DNA of 63,162 nt, filler included, from Reclinomonas americana ATCC 50394 (taxonomy: Eukaryota): the NCBI GenBank assembly GCA_048213135.1. It is 4 parts of 2 records of this genome, joined end to end, with 100 filler letters (N's around TTAATTAATTAA, not from the genome) between each part and the next. Parts side by side here need not be neighbours in the genome. Positions count along the whole stretch, not along the records: positions 58,590 to 63,162 come from PS015167.1; 3 more parts are not named here. One strand, written 5' to 3'. The notes beneath the pieces are model-generated. The model saw only the letters and a list, made by a program, of their open reading frames with translations, did not search any database and was not told where the DNA came from. Shown piece by piece: positions 61,701 to 63,162 of this stretch. Each line of letters opens with the position of its first letter. Positions within the stretch are counted from its first letter, which is position 1. The translations under genes and the position numbers were made by a program.

Positions 61701-62669
61701 GTGGCGGGGGTGGAGGTGGTGGCGGTGGCAGGCCCTGTGGGGTGGTGAGAAGCGGGGAAGGGGACAGGGGGAATGGAGGTGACGACGAAACTGTGGGTGT
61801 GGAGGCTCCAAATGGTGGTGCAAAACCGGAGCCGAGGGGGATGCCGCTGCCAGAGGCGCTGCCGGGGGCGCGGGCGGAGAGGAAGCGCACTGCGGGGAGG
61901 GGGTGAGAAGGGAAAGGGGAAGGGGAGGGAGGGGAAAGGAACACATCCTGCAGAAGGGACAAGGCAAGCGGGCAGAAAGGAGCAAGAGCAGAACAAATGA
62001 AGCGGGGATACGCTGGTGGAGCGGAGACGAGGAAAGAAATTGCTTTGTCGTCCGAGAGAGAGAGAGAGAAGACAACAGGAACACGAGCTTCACGTCCTTT
62101 GTTGAGCAGAAGGAGCAAAGGTAAGCGAGCAGAGAGTAATAGAATGAGAAGAGACAGAAGAGAAAAGAAATGCTTTGGTCAGAGAGAGAGAGAGAGAAGG
62201 AAACAGAACACAAGCTTTGCATCCCTCATCCTACGGAACGAGCAAGGCAAGCGAGCAGAGAGTCATAGAAATAACAAGCGCAGTGACACTCAACAAATGA
62301 AGCCGAGAATGCTGTCGGACAGAAGAGAAAGAAATTGCTTTGTCGTCAAAGAGAGAGAGAGAGAGAGAGAGAGAAGGAAACAGAACACAAGCTTTGCATC
62401 CCTCATCCTACGGAACGAGCAAGGCAAGCGAGCAGAGAGTAATAGAAAAACAAAATGAGCGACGACTACGTTTGCCCGCGGAGAGGTGAAAGAGGAAAGA
62501 AATCCCCATTCTTTGTCATAAAACAAACAAGCACGGCAAGCACACTGCGACTACCTGCTACTCATTCAAGCACAACAAAGCAAAGAGAAAAACAATTCAA
62601 CCAAACATGCCAATGACCATAAGAAGAGTGGCGAACAGCGCGGGTTGTCTGATTCTCTTGCCCATACAT
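51736..62669 (-). CDS. Giant type II membrane protein with tail-fibre-like beta-repeat stalk and C-terminal Peptidase_S74 intramolecular chaperone
   Basis: At least 16 exons. Pro-rich N-terminus; TM CLIWVIIISLVVLLLGAFLITYFVL (60863-60937) preceded by KSRK; three GG.RVS.G...G.AF...TG.F modules; ~1,900 aa of TTLGGxLxVxGA-type repeats; then SDERLK...IGVLAQDVQRVFPELV...VDYPRMTAVLVEAVNEQ plus coiled coil, TAG 51736. Continuity across the 58490-58589 gap and the ATG at 62669 are inferred. Confidence 0.82.
58534..58545. other. Artificial contig linker TTAATTAATTAA
   Basis: Same linker as at 24496. Confidence 0.95.
61950..62520. repeat. Intronic direct repeats (~180 bp unit)
   Basis: gagaaggaaacagaacacaagctttgcatccctcatcctacggaacgagcaaggcaagcgagcagagagt at ~62192 and ~62371; diverged copies at ~61955 and ~62065. 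Confidence 0.85.
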
Positions 62670-63162
62670 GCAACCGCATAGTCACACACTCTCACTCACA
62701 CAAACACAAACACCGGAAAACACCAAAGAACAAACACAAACAACAACGGTCCATCGACACATAAGAGGGCCCAGCTCACGACAAAATCAGACATCTTACG
62801 AAAAAAAACCACATTGTGATGCGTGTCTCTCTGTCTCTCACACGCAAGACACGCGCTTGTTATCGCACACAGAGAGAGAGAGCAGAGGAGAGACACACAC
62901 AGAGAGGAGAGAGTGAGGAGGGCCCACATGACAAAATCAGACACCGGAATGTGCGCGCAAAATGTGTGAGTGAGAGAGAGAGAGAGAGAGAGAGGAGAGT
63001 GCATGAGAGGGAGAGTGTGCGTATGTGAGTGAGTGAGTGAGAGAGAGAGAGAGAAGGAAAGTGCGAGAGATACGCGGACAGAACTCTTGACACACAGTGC
63101 GCGCTTCTTCCCTCTCATGCACTCTCCACACACACACACACACACACGCACACACACGCACA

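Overview
Intron-rich, GC-rich nuclear DNA from a unicellular eukaryote, probably flagellated (KIF12/kinesin-16-like and lebercilin-like genes). I cannot name the species. It uses the standard code (TAA, TAG and TGA all end genes). The draft assembly has many N gaps, three artificial TTAATTAATTAA linkers and pyrosequencing-style noise. Manual splicing gives eight protein-coding genes: (1) a beta-propeller/alpha-solenoid/Zn-finger protein (+); (2) a Pro-rich ankyrin-repeat protein (-); (3) a large FN3-repeat type I membrane protein (-); (4) a giant coiled-coil protein with an internal ~1.04 kb exon-intron tandem repeat (+); (5) an acidic + ubiquitin-like + lebercilin-like coiled-coil protein (-); (6) a KIF12-like kinesin (+); (7) an RNI-like LRR protein (-); (8) a >2,800 aa spliced type II membrane protein built like a phage tail fibre, ending in an intact Peptidase_S74 autocleaving chaperone (-). 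Two signals stand out. One is gene 8, apparently a domesticated, membrane-anchored tail-fibre-like surface filament. The other is a second class of 5' splice site (non-G|GTTGCG, the normal donor shifted by +1 nt) at roughly a quarter of the introns. No tRNA, rRNA, CRISPR or recognisable transposon was found. All gene models are hand-derived without transcript evidence.
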